A DNA stretch of 60,200 nt from Candidatus Zambryskiibacteriota bacterium (GTDB taxonomy: Bacteria > Patescibacteriota > Minisyncoccia > Phycocordibacterales > WO2-35-19). A program made the translations under genes and the position numbers. The stretch spans positions 1-60,200 of the forward strand of contig QILQ01000011.1 of the NCBI GenBank assembly GCA_003233455.1. Reading direction: 5' to 3'. Numbering within the stretch: position 1 is the first letter of the stretch; every line of letters starts with the position of its first letter. Positions 17,254-27,817 of the stretch are shown here, piece by piece. Under the pieces are notes generated by a model. The model saw only the letters and a list, made by a program, of their open reading frames with translations, did not search any database and had not been told where the DNA came from.

Positions 17254-19161
17254 ATGTCAAAAATCATTGGAATTGATTTGGGAACTACCAATTCTGCCGT
17301 AGCTGTGATGGAAGCCGGCAGTCCAAAAATAATTGAAAATAATGAAGGAGCACGAACCACTCCTTCCATAGTGGCGATTTCAAAAACAGGTGAAAGATTA
17401 GTGGGACTTTTAGCCAGAAGACAAGCAGTAACTAATCCTAAAAATACTATCTTCGGCATTAAAAGATTTATTGGTCATAATTTTAACGAAGAAGCTATTC
17501 AAAAAGATAAAGAGACGGTGCCTTTTGAAATTTCCGCTTCAAGTACTGGTGGGGTGCAAGTAAAAATGAATGACAAAAATTACAGACCGGAAGAAATTTC
17601 CGCTATGATTTTATCCAAATTAAAAACTGACGCCGAAGCGAAATTGGGAGAAAAAGTAACTGAAGCCATTATCACTGTGCCGGCCTATTTTAACGACGCT
17701 CAGAGAAAAGCCACTAAAGATGCCGGTCAAATAGCCGGACTAGAGGTTAAAAGGATTATCAATGAACCAACCGCCGCCGCTCTCGCTTACGGTTTTAATA
17801 AAAAGAAAAATGAACAAATCGCCGTCTTTGATTTTGGTGGTGGCACTTTTGACATATCAGTTTTAGAAATAGGGGATGATGTGGTTGAAGTTAAAGCGAC
17901 CGATGGAGATTCCCACTTGGGAGGCAAAGATATTGACCAAAAGATTATTCATTGGTTGGCAAATGAATTTAAAAAAGAATCCGGTATAGATATCACCAAA
18001 GACCCATTAGCTCTACAAAGATTAGATGAAGCGGCTGAAAAAGCTAAAATTGAGCTTTCAACAACTACCGAAACAGAAGTTAATATTCCTTTTATCACTT
18101 CCGATTCTTCCGGTCCTCGCCATCTGCTCATCAAAATGACCAGAGCTAAATTGGAAGAATTAACTGATGAATTTATTCAAAGAGCGATGAAAATTACCAA
18201 ACGAGCTATTGAATCTTCACCTTTTAAAGTGAATGAAATAGATGAAGTAATACTGGTGGGAGGACAAACCAGAATGCCAAAAATAATAGAAGAAGTGAAA
18301 AAATTCTTTGGTAAAGAACCAAACAAAAGCATCAATCCGGACGAAGTGGTAGCTTTGGGTGCCGCTATTCAAGGTGGTATCATCGGTGGCGATGTTAAAG
18401 ATATTTTGCTTTTGGATGTTATTCCTCTCTCTCTCGGTATTGAAACTATGGGTAATGTCGCCACTAAATTAATTGATAGAAATACCACTATTCCGGCTTC
18501 CAAATCACAAGTATTTTCTACCGCCGCCGATAACCAAACCAGTGTGGAAATACACGTAGTTCAAGGAGAAAGACCATTAGTCGCGGATAACCGAAGTCTT
18601 GGACGATTTATTTTAGACGGTATTCCTCCAGCTTCGCGCGGAGTACCGCAAATAGAAGTTACTTTTGATATTGACGCTAATGGAATTTTGAGCGTTAAAG
18701 CTAAAGATAAATCAAGCGGTAAAGAGCAGTCTATAAAAATAGAAGGTTCATCCGGTCTCTCCAAAGAAGAAATTGAGAAAATGCAAAAAGACGCCGAAGC
18801 TCACGCCACCGAAGACAGTAAGAAAAAAGAAACAGCTGAAGCTAAAAATTTGGCGGAACAATTAATCTACACCGCCGAAAAAGCTCTCAAAGATGCCGAG
18901 GGTAAAATAACTGATGAAATTAAAAAAGAGGTAGAAAGTAAAGTAGAAGAATTAAAAAAAGTTAAAGATGGAGAAGATGCTAACTCCATAAAAACCGCTA
19001 CCGAAAATCTTTCCAAAGAAATTCAAAAGATAGGGGAGTATATGCAGAAAAATCCCGCCTCATCAACAGACAAACCTAATTCAGAAACAAAGACAGAAGA
19101 AAAGAAAGAAGAACCTAAAAAAGAAGAAAGAGGGGAACAAAAACCGGAGGAAAATAAATAA
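17254..19161 (+). CDS. dnaK: molecular chaperone DnaK (Hsp70)
   Basis: [29 protein letters not shown]. Confidence 0.97.
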   Translation: MSKIIGIDLGTTNSAVAVMEAGSPKIIENNEGARTTPSIVAISKTGERLVGLLARRQAVTNPKNTIFGIKRFIGHNFNEEAIQKDKETVPFEISASSTGGVQVKMNDKNYRPEEISAMILSKLKTDAEAKLGEKVTEAIITVPAYFNDAQRKATKDAGQIAGLEVKRIINEPTAAALAYGFNKKKNEQIAVFDFGGGTFDISVLEIGDDVVEVKATDGDSHLGGKDIDQKIIHWLANEFKKESGIDITKDPLALQRLDEAAEKAKIELSTTTETEVNIPFITSDSSGPRHLLIKMTRAKLEELTDEFIQRAMKITKRAIESSPFKVNEIDEVILVGGQTRMPKIIEEVKKFFGKEPNKSINPDEVVALGAAIQGGIIGGDVKDILLLDVIPLSLGIETMGNVATKLIDRNTTIPASKSQVFSTAADNQTSVEIHVVQGERPLVADNRSLGRFILDGIPPASRGVPQIEVTFDIDANGILSVKAKDKSSGKEQSIKIEGSSGLSKEEIEKMQKDAEAHATEDSKKKETAEAKNLAEQLIYTAEKALKDAEGKITDEIKKEVESKVEELKKVKDGEDANSIKTATENLSKEIQKIGEYMQKNPASSTDKPNSETKTEEKKEEPKKEERGEQKPEENK

Positions 19162-19169
19162 AAAAACCT

Positions 19170-20270
19170 ATGGCAAAAAATTATTACGATATATTGGGAG
19201 TGGATAAAAAAGCTTCAAAAGACGAGATTAAAAAAGCTTTCAGAAAGTTGGCTCGGCAATTGCATCCTGATAAAAAAGGAGGAAATGTTGAAAAATTTAA
19301 AGAAGTAAATGAGGCTTATACTATTCTTTCCGATGACCAAAAAAGATCTCAATACGATATGTATGGACAAACTTTTTCGGGAGCCAATCCCGGAGCATCC
19401 GGTTTTGGAGGTTTTCAAGGAAATTGGGAAGATATAGCCAGACAAACCGGTTTTGATTTTTCCGGTTTTGCAAATGGTGGACAAGAAGGTTTTGATTTTG
19501 GAGATATTTTTGGAGATATTTTTGGCGGAGGAAGAAGATCTAAAACAAAAAGAGGTAGGGATATATCAATAGATATAGAACTCTCTTTTGAAGAAGCAGC
19601 GTTCGGAGTGGAAAGAAATATTCTTTTAAATAAAGTGTCAGTTTGTAATGCTTGTGGCGGTAGCGGAGCCAAAAAAGGAACTGAAATGATAATTTGTCAA
19701 ACTTGCAACGGTAAAGGAAAAATAAGAGAACTTAAAAAGTCTATTTTTGGTTCCATTGAAATGACTCGCGTTTGCGAAGCTTGTGCCGGTTCGGGTAAAA
19801 TTCCAAAAGAAAAATGCAATTTTTGCGATGGTTTGGGTATTACTAAAAAAGCCGAAGAAATAAAAATAAAAATTCCGGTTGGTATAGATGATGGCGAAAT
19901 GATTCGTCTTGCTGGAGGTGGTGAAGCGGTTAAAGGAGGCACTTCAGGCGATCTATATATAAAAATTCATGTAAAAAAACATAAAATATTCCATAAAGAA
20001 GGCAATGACTTGATAATGAATCTGGATGTAAAGCTTTCTGATGCTTTACTTGGTGCTAAAATAGACATTCAAACTTTAGACGAAATTTCCACTCTTAAAA
20101 TTCCAGAAGGTATAAATACCGGCGATATTCTGCAAATAAAAGGTAAAGGAGTGATGGATAGAGTTAGAGGTCGCGGTGATATTTTAATTCATATTAGAGT
20201 TATCTTACCTAAAAAACTTTCCAAATCAGCTCGTCAAGCTATTGAAAAATTGAGAGAAGAAGGAATGTAA
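19170..20270 (+). CDS. dnaJ: molecular chaperone DnaJ
   Basis: J domain with HPD (LHPDKK), G/F region, four CxxCxGxG zinc-finger repeats. Confidence 0.95.
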   Translation: MAKNYYDILGVDKKASKDEIKKAFRKLARQLHPDKKGGNVEKFKEVNEAYTILSDDQKRSQYDMYGQTFSGANPGASGFGGFQGNWEDIARQTGFDFSGFANGGQEGFDFGDIFGDIFGGGRRSKTKRGRDISIDIELSFEEAAFGVERNILLNKVSVCNACGGSGAKKGTEMIICQTCNGKGKIRELKKSIFGSIEMTRVCEACAGSGKIPKEKCNFCDGLGITKKAEEIKIKIPVGIDDGEMIRLAGGGEAVKGGTSGDLYIKIHVKKHKIFHKEGNDLIMNLDVKLSDALLGAKIDIQTLDEISTLKIPEGINTGDILQIKGKGVMDRVRGRGDILIHIRVILPKKLSKSARQAIEKLREEGM

Positions 20271-20311
20271 AAATAAAATTATAATTTAATAGTTAACATA
20301 AATAATAAATC

Positions 20312-20593
20312 ATGATTGATCCAAAAAAAATAAATATGAACGAATTGCCTAAGAAATTTTGTGATGGCGCTATTGGAGCTTTTGGTAAAGAAATTTTTTC
20401 TTTTTCAATAACTTCAGGAAATAGTTTGGATTCTTTTGCTGCTACTCCCCAAATAATGAAAAGTATTAGCATTTGGATGAATAATCAAATAAAAAATTAT
20501 GAAAAACAATTTGGAGTAATTGATATGACTCCACCTAAAATACAAAGTCCAATTCAAATTGCTGATTTAAAAAAAGATGATAGCGATAAATAA
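20312..20593 (+). CDS. DUF3467-like small protein
   Basis: Weak recall-level similarity (..NYEKQFGVI near the C-terminus); 93 aa. Confidence 0.45.
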   Translation: MIDPKKINMNELPKKFCDGAIGAFGKEIFSFSITSGNSLDSFAATPQIMKSISIWMNNQIKNYEKQFGVIDMTPPKIQSPIQIADLKKDDSDK

Positions 20594-20853
20594 TGAAAAT
20601 ATTTGTAAAAGCTAAAGCTGGGGCAAAAAAAGAGAAAGTAATTCCACCAATTGCAAAACTATGGAAAGATGAAAATAATAAATCCGTTGAAAAGGAGTGG
20701 TTTACTGTTTGGGTTAAAGAACCTCCGATGCAAGGAAGAGCAAATGTAGCTATCTCTAAAGTTTTAGCAAAACATTTCAAAATTTTTCCCTCACAAGTAA
20801 ATTTAATATCTGGATATTCCTCCAAACAAAAAGTATTTGAAATTGATAAATAA
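20593..20853 (+). CDS. DUF167 (YggU-like) protein
   Basis: VWVKEPPMQGRANVAISKVLAKHFKI...VNLISGYSSKQKVFEI matches the DUF167 pattern. Confidence 0.7.
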   Translation: MKIFVKAKAGAKKEKVIPPIAKLWKDENNKSVEKEWFTVWVKEPPMQGRANVAISKVLAKHFKIFPSQVNLISGYSSKQKVFEIDK

Positions 20854-20878
20854 ATATAAAGAGATACAATATCTTTAT

Positions 20879-22522
20879 ATGACTCAAAAAGAAGCTTTGG
20901 ATATTTTAAAAACTGGCAGAAATGTTTTTTTAACCGGTGCGGCCGGCAGTGGCAAGACTTATGTTTTAAGAGAATATATAGACTATTTAAAAAACCTTGA
21001 CGCCAACATAGGCATCACAGCTTCTACTGGTATCGCCGCTACTCATATGGGTGGTATTACCATTCATTCTTGGAGTGGTATCGGCATTAGAGATAATTTA
21101 GATAGAAGCGATCTTAAAGAAATCGCGGATAAAAAATATGTCAGAAATAAAGTGGCGAAAGCTTCAGTGCTTATTATAGATGAGATATCAATGCTTCATC
21201 ATTTTAGACTTGACCTTATTGATAAAGTGATCAAGGAAATAAAAAACTCATCGGAAGCATTTGGAGGAATGCAAGTTGTTTTTTGCGGTGATTTTTTTCA
21301 ACTGCCACCAGTCAGCAGACCTTCGGACCCGGAAGCTTTTTTTGTTTATCATTCGGATACTTGGAAAAATTTAAATTTAAAAGTTTGTTATTTATCCGAA
21401 CAACACCGACAAAATGATACCGAATATTTAAAGATTTTAAATGCCATCAGAAGCTCTTCCATTTCGGAAGAAATTATAAAAATCTTAAAAAAAAGTTCTA
21501 GCCCAAAGTCCAACTTTGGGCTGGAGTCAACTAAACTCTATTCTCATAATAAAAATGTTAATGCTGAAAATGAAATGGAATTAAAAAATATATCCGGCAA
21601 AATGTTTGAATATAAAATGCAAGAAAGAGGCGGAAAAAATTTAATAAACTCCTTAAAAAAAAGTTGCTTAGCTCCGGAAATTTTAAAATTAAAAGAAGGG
21701 GCTAAAGTAATGTTTATTAAAAATAATTTTGATAAAGGTTATGTTAATGGCACTTTAGGCGTGGTGATTAAGTGCAATTTAGGAGAAATAAAAGTAAAGA
21801 TTCTTGCTGGTAAAATTATAGAAGCAGAAAAAGAAAGTTGGCGAATTGAAGAAGATGGCAGAAGCAAGGCGGAGATAACCCAATATCCACTTCGGCTCGC
21901 TTGGGCCATCACAATTCATAAAAGTCAAGGTATGTCGTTAGACGCCGCTGAAATTGATTTATCCGGTTCTTTTGAAAGGGGAATGGGTTACGTGGCTCTT
22001 TCCAGAGTGCGTTCGCTTCAAGGACTTTTTCTAAAAGGTTTAAATGAAATGGCTCTTAAAGTAAACGAAGAAGTTTTAGAATTTGACAATCAATTTAAAA
22101 AACTCTCTAAAACTAATTCTTTTCATATTAAAACTATGGGTGAAGAAAAATTGGAGAGAATGCAAAAAGAGTTTGCAGATAAAATTAAAGGCAAAAAACC
22201 AAAAGAAAAAAAACTGGATACAATCTCGGAAACTAAAAAAATGCTGGATGAAGGAATGAATATAAAAAATATTGCTAAAGAGAGAGGATTAAAAATCGGC
22301 ACTATTTTAGACCATATAGAAAAAATAAAAGAAAAAAATCCGAAATACAATATTTACAATCTCCAAAACGGCATACCTAAAACTAAATTTAAAGAAATCT
22401 ATAAAACTTTTCATAAAGTGGGAATAAGCGAAGGCGGTTTTTATAAACTGGCTCCAATCAAAGATTTGCTTGGTTCTAAATATTCCTATGAAGACCTCCG
22501 TTTGGTCCGTTTGTTTTTGTAA
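20879..22522 (+). CDS. PIF1/RecD-like ATP-dependent DNA helicase with C-terminal HTH-like extension
   Basis: Walker A LTGAAGSGKTY, Walker B LIIDEISM, FCGDFFQLPPV, AITIHKSQG; ATG at 20879 chosen (track start 20837 overlaps the upstream gene). Confidence 0.8.
   Translation: MTQKEALDILKTGRNVFLTGAAGSGKTYVLREYIDYLKNLDANIGITASTGIAATHMGGITIHSWSGIGIRDNLDRSDLKEIADKKYVRNKVAKASVLIIDEISMLHHFRLDLIDKVIKEIKNSSEAFGGMQVVFCGDFFQLPPVSRPSDPEAFFVYHSDTWKNLNLKVCYLSEQHRQNDTEYLKILNAIRSSSISEEIIKILKKSSSPKSNFGLESTKLYSHNKNVNAENEMELKNISGKMFEYKMQERGGKNLINSLKKSCLAPEILKLKEGAKVMFIKNNFDKGYVNGTLGVVIKCNLGEIKVKILAGKIIEAEKESWRIEEDGRSKAEITQYPLRLAWAITIHKSQGMSLDAAEIDLSGSFERGMGYVALSRVRSLQGLFLKGLNEMALKVNEEVLEFDNQFKKLSKTNSFHIKTMGEEKLERMQKEFADKIKGKKPKEKKLDTISETKKMLDEGMNIKNIAKERGLKIGTILDHIEKIKEKNPKYNIYNLQNGIPKTKFKEIYKTFHKVGISEGGFYKLAPIKDLLGSKYSYEDLRLVRLFL
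21500..21522. repeat. AGCCCAAAGTCCAACTTTGGGCT hairpin inserted in frame in the helicase gene
   Basis: 23-nt hairpin-forming palindrome (10-bp arms, 3-nt centre) encoding SPKSNFGL; same family as 9789 and 52341. Confidence 0.85.
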
Positions 22523-22534
22523 AATATAAAAAAT

Positions 22535-22595
22535 ATTATACCACACCCTAAAATGAAGAGGGTTCCCCTCTTTCTTTTTTAAAATATGGTATAAT
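22535..22595. repeat. about 60-bp palindromic element copy A2 (terminator-like core plus -10-like arms)
   Basis: attataccaca-ccctaaaat-gaagagggTTCccctctt-tctttttt...tatggtataat; downstream of the helicase and upstream of the cupin gene. Confidence 0.8.
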
Positions 22596-22629
22596 AATTG
22601 TGAATTATTATTAATTAATAAAATAAAAA

Positions 22630-23031
22630 ATGAAAAAATATTATTTTGGAAATATTGAAAAAGAAACAGAAGAAAATGATAATTTTCGCAAAGTGATTTT
22701 CACTGGCGAAAAAAGTCAATTAGTTTTAATGTCTTTGCCTGTTGGTTGCGATATTGGAATGGAAACTCACCAAAATGTGGACCAATTTTTTAGAATTGAA
22801 TCTGGAAAAGGTAAAGTGATTATTGACGGAGAGGAGTTGGAATTTTCTGATAACTTCGCATTCGTTGTGCCGGCAAAAGCGGAGCATAATGTTATAAATA
22901 CCGGAGATGAAGAAGTAAAATTATATACTATTTATTCTCCAGCCAATCATATTGAGGGCCGAATACATAAAACTAAAGAAGAGGCTGAGGCGGATACAGA
23001 AGATGAAGATTTTGGGCATTCAATCCAATAA
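22630..23031 (+). CDS. cupin domain protein
   Basis: GMETHQNVDQFFRIESGKG...VPAKAEHNVINTG, a two-motif cupin signature. Confidence 0.8.
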   Translation: MKKYYFGNIEKETEENDNFRKVIFTGEKSQLVLMSLPVGCDIGMETHQNVDQFFRIESGKGKVIIDGEELEFSDNFAFVVPAKAEHNVINTGDEEVKLYTIYSPANHIEGRIHKTKEEAEADTEDEDFGHSIQ

Positions 23032-23075
23032 ACTGATTATTTGAAATAAAAGAAAATAATTGGTATTATCGGGAT

Positions 23076-24032
23076 ATGCAAAAAACTATACTTTCAGGGG
23101 TAAAGCCAACAGGTAGGCCACATCTAGGCAACTATTTTGGAGCTATGAAGCAATTTGTAGAACTTCAAAATAAAAATAAAGATGGGATAAATTATTTCTT
23201 TATTGCCGACTATCATGCTTTAAACTTGATTCAAAATGCAAAAGAAATAAGAGAATTATCTTTAGGTGTTGTGATTGATTTTTTGGCTATAGGACTTGAT
23301 CCAAAAAAATCTGTTATCTTCAAACAATCTGATATACAAGAGCATACTGAGCTAGCTTGGATATTTGACACTATTACTACTGTGCCGTATCTTAAGCGAG
23401 CTCATGCTTATAAAGATGCGCTCACTAAAGGTAAAGAAGAAGAGGTAAGTGCCGGGACTTTTACCTACCCAATGCTGATGGCGGCTGATATTCTACTTTA
23501 TGACACTGATATCGTGCCCGTTGGTCAAGACCAAAAACAGCATATTGAATTCGCTAGAGATACCGCCGAAAAATTTAATAGAATTTTTGGAGAAACTTTT
23601 AAAATCCCCGATGCTTATATTGTTAAAAATGCGGAAACCGTTCTTGGAACAGACGGCAAAAAAATGAGTAAAAGTTATAACAATACTATTCCGCTCTTTG
23701 CTACAGATGAAGAAATAGAAAAAACAGTAATGAGTATTGTTACTGATTCATCAGGAGAAAGACCAGAAAATGTTTTTGCCATTCATTCACTTTTTAAATC
23801 AAAAGAAGAATTGGAAAAAGTTTACAAAGAAAACAAGGGTAAATATAAAGTGTTAAAAGAAGCTTTGATTAAAGATCTTAAAGATTTTATAAAACCTATG
23901 CGGAAAAAGAGAGAAAAGATTGCTTCTGACAAAGAAGCAGTTTACAAAATTCTTGAAGAAGGTAAAAAAAAGGCCCGCGCTACCGCACGAGCCAAAATGC
24001 AAAGAGTTAAAAAAGTTATAGGGGTTGATTAG
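23076..24032 (+). CDS. trpS: tryptophan--tRNA ligase
   Basis: GVKPTGRPHLGNY (HIGH) and KMSKS; TGgTATTAT lies 6 nt before the ATG. Confidence 0.95.
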   Translation: MQKTILSGVKPTGRPHLGNYFGAMKQFVELQNKNKDGINYFFIADYHALNLIQNAKEIRELSLGVVIDFLAIGLDPKKSVIFKQSDIQEHTELAWIFDTITTVPYLKRAHAYKDALTKGKEEEVSAGTFTYPMLMAADILLYDTDIVPVGQDQKQHIEFARDTAEKFNRIFGETFKIPDAYIVKNAETVLGTDGKKMSKSYNNTIPLFATDEEIEKTVMSIVTDSSGERPENVFAIHSLFKSKEELEKVYKENKGKYKVLKEALIKDLKDFIKPMRKKREKIASDKEAVYKILEEGKKKARATARAKMQRVKKVIGVD

Positions 24033-24037
24033 AAAAA

Positions 24038-24060
24038 GTGTCAAGGGGAACCCTTGACAC
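24038..24060 (+). terminator. GTGTCAAGGG-GAA-CCCTTGACAC hairpin after trpS (repeat family member)
   Basis: Perfect 10-bp stem 6 nt after the stop; the same hairpin with a flipped loop occurs inside cysS at 50023-50045. Confidence 0.65.
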
Positions 24061-24103
24061 TTAGCTGATGCAAAAAATATGGTTTTCTGCTATATTTTAA
24101 AAT

Positions 24104-25489
24104 ATGAAAAGAATATACATAAAAGATTTAGAAGATCACATCGGGAAAGAAGTTATTATTAAGGGGTGGGTTAATGTTAGGCGAGATCAAGGCAAAATGG
24201 TATTTATGGATATGCGGGATTTTTCAGGTATTGTTCAATGTGTGGTTTTACCTAAAAGCCCAGCTATTGAAATAGTAAAAGAAGTTCGTACCGAATGGGT
24301 TTTGGCTATAACAGGAATAGTAAATGAAAGACCAGCAAAAAACATTAAAGCAGATATTTTAAATGGCAATATAGAAATAGAAATCAAAAATATTGAAATT
24401 TTAAATAAAGCGGAAACACCACCTTTTGAAATAACGGAAGACACTAAAGAGGTTGACGAAAATGTTCGTCTTAAATACCGCTACTTGGATTTGCGTACAA
24501 AAAGAATGCAAGAAAATATGCGTGCTCGCGATAAGATAATTTCTTTTTTCCGCAATTATATGCACAAAAATGATTTTGTGGAAATAGAAACTCCTATAAT
24601 GATGAAAGGCACCCCTGAAGGTTCTCGAGAATATATAGTGCCTTCACGCCTTCATAAAGGCAAGTTTTATGTCTTACCTCAATCACCTCAACAGTTCAAA
24701 CAACTGTTAATGGTAGCTGGTTTTGAAAAATATTTTCAAATTGCCAGATGTATGAGAGATGAGGACCAAAGAGGGGATAGACAACCGGAATTTACTCAAC
24801 TTGATTATGAAATGTCTTTCGTAGAGCAAAAAGATGTTTTAGAATATACTGAAAAAATGTTCATTGAGCTGGTCAAAATTCTTTATCCGAATAAAAAAAT
24901 AACTCAAATCCCATTTCCAATTCTGACTTATAAAGAATCAATAAAAAAATATGGTTCCGATAAGCCGGATTTAAGAAAAAACAAAAATAATCCAGATGAG
25001 CTGGCTTTTGCTTGGATAGTTGATTTTCCTATGTTTGAAAAAACCGAAGAAGGAGAAATCCAAGCGGCGCATCATCCATTTTGTTCTATAAAACCGGAAG
25101 ATAAGGAAAATTTTATGAAAGGAGAGGATATTTTCTCATTGAGAGCAAACGCTTATGATCTGGTTTTAAATGGTTATGAACTTTCCTCCGGGTCAATCAG
25201 AATTCACGATAGAGAAGAACAAAAACAAGTTTTTAAACTCTTGGGAATTTCAGAAGAGGACCAACAGAAAAAATTTGGTCATATATTGGAGGCTTTCACT
25301 TATGGCGCACCTCCTCATGGGGGTTTTGCACCCGGAATTGACCGCGTAGTAATGCTTCTTCAAAACGAACCCAATATTCGCGAGGTAATCGCTTTTCCAA
25401 AAACAGGAGAAGGCAGAGATCTGATGATGAATGCCCCGAGCGAAATTTCCAAAAAACAACTCAAAGAACTCGGTTTGAAAATAGAATAA
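24104..25489 (+). CDS. aspS: aspartate--tRNA ligase (bacterial type without the GAD insertion domain)
   Basis: QSPQQFKQLLMVAGFEKYFQIARCMRDED, HHPF, GGFAPGIDR; YGSDKPDLR is followed after only about 12 aa by WIVDFPMFE. Confidence 0.93.
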   Translation: MKRIYIKDLEDHIGKEVIIKGWVNVRRDQGKMVFMDMRDFSGIVQCVVLPKSPAIEIVKEVRTEWVLAITGIVNERPAKNIKADILNGNIEIEIKNIEILNKAETPPFEITEDTKEVDENVRLKYRYLDLRTKRMQENMRARDKIISFFRNYMHKNDFVEIETPIMMKGTPEGSREYIVPSRLHKGKFYVLPQSPQQFKQLLMVAGFEKYFQIARCMRDEDQRGDRQPEFTQLDYEMSFVEQKDVLEYTEKMFIELVKILYPNKKITQIPFPILTYKESIKKYGSDKPDLRKNKNNPDELAFAWIVDFPMFEKTEEGEIQAAHHPFCSIKPEDKENFMKGEDIFSLRANAYDLVLNGYELSSGSIRIHDREEQKQVFKLLGISEEDQQKKFGHILEAFTYGAPPHGGFAPGIDRVVMLLQNEPNIREVIAFPKTGEGRDLMMNAPSEISKKQLKELGLKIE

Positions 25490-25523
25490 AAAAAGAAAAG
25501 ATGAAATCTGTTAGAATAAATAT

Positions 25524-26255
25524 ATGAAAGCGGAATTTAAAGTTAGAGTGGGAAATTTTGAAGGACCTTTGGATTTACTCTTAACTTTTATTGAAAAAAG
25601 AAAACTTCATATAAGTGATGTTTCACTTTCTCAAGTAGCTGATAAATTCATAGAATATACAAAATCTTTCAATGACTTTTCAATTAGCGACTCAGCTGAT
25701 TTTATTTTAATCGCTTCCACTTTACTTCTTATAAAATCAAAGTCGCTTTTACCAAATTTACCTTTAACCGAAGAAGAGCAGGGAAGTATTGAAGATTTGG
25801 AAAACAGATTATCTTCTTATAAAAAATACAAAGAACTTTCTCTAAATTTGGAGAAAATGTTTGGCAATTTTCTTTATTTTGCCAGAGAAAAAAAGAAAAT
25901 AAATACAGTTTTTTCGCCAACGCCTGAAATTACTAAAATATCTATTCAAAATGCCTTGCGAGAAGTAATCAAAAATATGCCTCAAAAAATAACAAGCTTG
26001 CCAAAAGTGGCAGTAAAAAAAATAATAAGTCTGGAAGAAACCATAGAAAAATTAAAAAAGAGAATTCAAATTAGTCTGAAAACAAATTTTAAAGATTTTG
26101 CAGGTGTGGGAAAAGCGGAAAAAGTCAATATTATAGTAAGTTTTTTGGCTATGTTAGAATTGGTAAAAGAAGGATTGGTTAGAGTAAATCAAAATAAACA
26201 TTTTGAAGATATAGAAATTGAAGGAGAAAATACAGGAGTACCGACCTATTATTAA
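25524..26255 (+). CDS. scpA: segregation and condensation protein A
   Basis: FEGPLDLLLTFIEKRKLHISDVSLSQVADKFIEY. Confidence 0.85.
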   Translation: MKAEFKVRVGNFEGPLDLLLTFIEKRKLHISDVSLSQVADKFIEYTKSFNDFSISDSADFILIASTLLLIKSKSLLPNLPLTEEEQGSIEDLENRLSSYKKYKELSLNLEKMFGNFLYFAREKKKINTVFSPTPEITKISIQNALREVIKNMPQKITSLPKVAVKKIISLEETIEKLKKRIQISLKTNFKDFAGVGKAEKVNIIVSFLAMLELVKEGLVRVNQNKHFEDIEIEGENTGVPTYY

Positions 26256-26264
26256 ATTTTATAT

Positions 26265-26810
26265 ATGAATTTAGAACAAAAAATAGAAGCTTTGCTTTTT
26301 TATAAAAATGAACCAATGGAGATAAAAACTTTATCTAAATTGTTGAATGAAAAAGAAAAAGAAGTTAGAGAAGCTTTACAAAATTTAGCAAATTCATTGG
26401 AAAATAGAGGAATTTGTCTTATTATGACAGAAAAAGAAGTGAGTTTAGCTACTGCATCAGATACAAAAGACCTAATAGAACAAGTTGCTAAAGATGAAAT
26501 GAGCAAAGAAATAGGCAAGGCTGGACTCGAAACATTGGCTATAATACTCTATAATGGACCTGTATCCAGAAGGGAGATTGATTATATAAGAGGAGTTAAT
26601 TCTGCCTTTATATTAAGAAATCTTTGTATGCGAGGATTAGCAGAAAGAGAGCCAGATTCAAAAGATCAAAGAGTCTTTAAATATAAAGGTAGTCTGTTTC
26701 TTTTGGCTCATTTAGGTATAAAAAATATTGAAGAATTGCCGGAATTTGAGATTTTTAAAAAGAAAATGAATGGATCAAAAGAAGGTTTGGAAGAAGAGGA
26801 AAATAATTAA
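26265..26810 (+). CDS. scpB: segregation and condensation protein B
   Basis: IEALLFYKNEPM...GLETLAIILYNGPVSRREIDYIRGVNS. Confidence 0.85.
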   Translation: MNLEQKIEALLFYKNEPMEIKTLSKLLNEKEKEVREALQNLANSLENRGICLIMTEKEVSLATASDTKDLIEQVAKDEMSKEIGKAGLETLAIILYNGPVSRREIDYIRGVNSAFILRNLCMRGLAEREPDSKDQRVFKYKGSLFLLAHLGIKNIEELPEFEIFKKKMNGSKEGLEEEENN

Positions 26811-26813
26811 AAA

Positions 26814-27815
26814 ATGAAAAATAAAATAAATAATTTTAAAAATCTTTGGAGAATAGAGAAAAGAACAAAATATTTTGTTTATATTCTTACTGGGTTTTGT
26901 CTTACCTCTATCGCTCTTTTTGCTCTTCTTGTTGTTGGTAAAAATTCACTGATTAAAAAAGAAAACATTACCGCCCAAAAAATAGACCAATTTGAAAATA
27001 TAAAACTTAAAGCTAAAGGAGTGGTAGTTTTTGATGTGATAAATAATAGGGATTTATTTTCTAAAAATCCGGATTTGCCTTTACCTTTGGCTTCTCTGAC
27101 TAAAGTGTTAACAGCTGTTGTCGCCAGTGAAAAATTAAATGATAATCAAAAAATAAAAATTACCAGAGAAGATCTAAAACCGGAAGGGGATTCCGGTTTA
27201 ATTGTCGGGGATACTTGGCGAGCACGCAATTTAAGAGACTTTACTCTGCTTACTTCTTCCAATGATGGTGCTTTTGCTTTAGCCACAGTCGCGGAAGCCA
27301 AAAGTAGTCCAATTTCAGAAAAGCCGATAACTGATGGAAAAGATCTTAGAATTCAATTTGTAAAAGCAATGAATAATACCGCTTCAAAAATAGGTCTTTC
27401 AAACAGCAAATTTTTTAATGAACACGGATTAGATAGAGAAATTGATAAAAATGGACAAATTATAGTTGTAGGCGGAGCTTATGGATCGGCTCGTGATATG
27501 GCTTCACTTTTTGAATATACTCTTAAAAATCATCCAGAGATTTTGGAAGCCACTCGTTATAAAAATCTTCAATTTGCCAGTGCCAATAAAATATATCACG
27601 CAAATAATACAAATATTTTTGTAAATAAAATACCAAATTTAATAGCTTCAAAAACCGGTTTTACCGATTTGGCGGGTGGTAATTTGGTAGTCGCTTTTGA
27701 CGCCGGTCTTAATCGTCCCATTATTATTTCTGTTCTCGGTTCTACCGAAGAAGGTCGTTTTACAGATGTGCTTCAATTAGTAGAAACAACCATTAAACAA
27801 CTCCCTAATTTATAA
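26814..27815 (+). CDS. D-alanyl-D-alanine carboxypeptidase (S11 family PBP)
   Basis: SxxK (ASLTKV), SxN (SSND), KTG (SKTGFT); N-terminal TM. Confidence 0.8.
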   Translation: MKNKINNFKNLWRIEKRTKYFVYILTGFCLTSIALFALLVVGKNSLIKKENITAQKIDQFENIKLKAKGVVVFDVINNRDLFSKNPDLPLPLASLTKVLTAVVASEKLNDNQKIKITREDLKPEGDSGLIVGDTWRARNLRDFTLLTSSNDGAFALATVAEAKSSPISEKPITDGKDLRIQFVKAMNNTASKIGLSNSKFFNEHGLDREIDKNGQIIVVGGAYGSARDMASLFEYTLKNHPEILEATRYKNLQFASANKIYHANNTNIFVNKIPNLIASKTGFTDLAGGNLVVAFDAGLNRPIIISVLGSTEEGRFTDVLQLVETTIKQLPNL

Positions 27816-27817
27816 AT

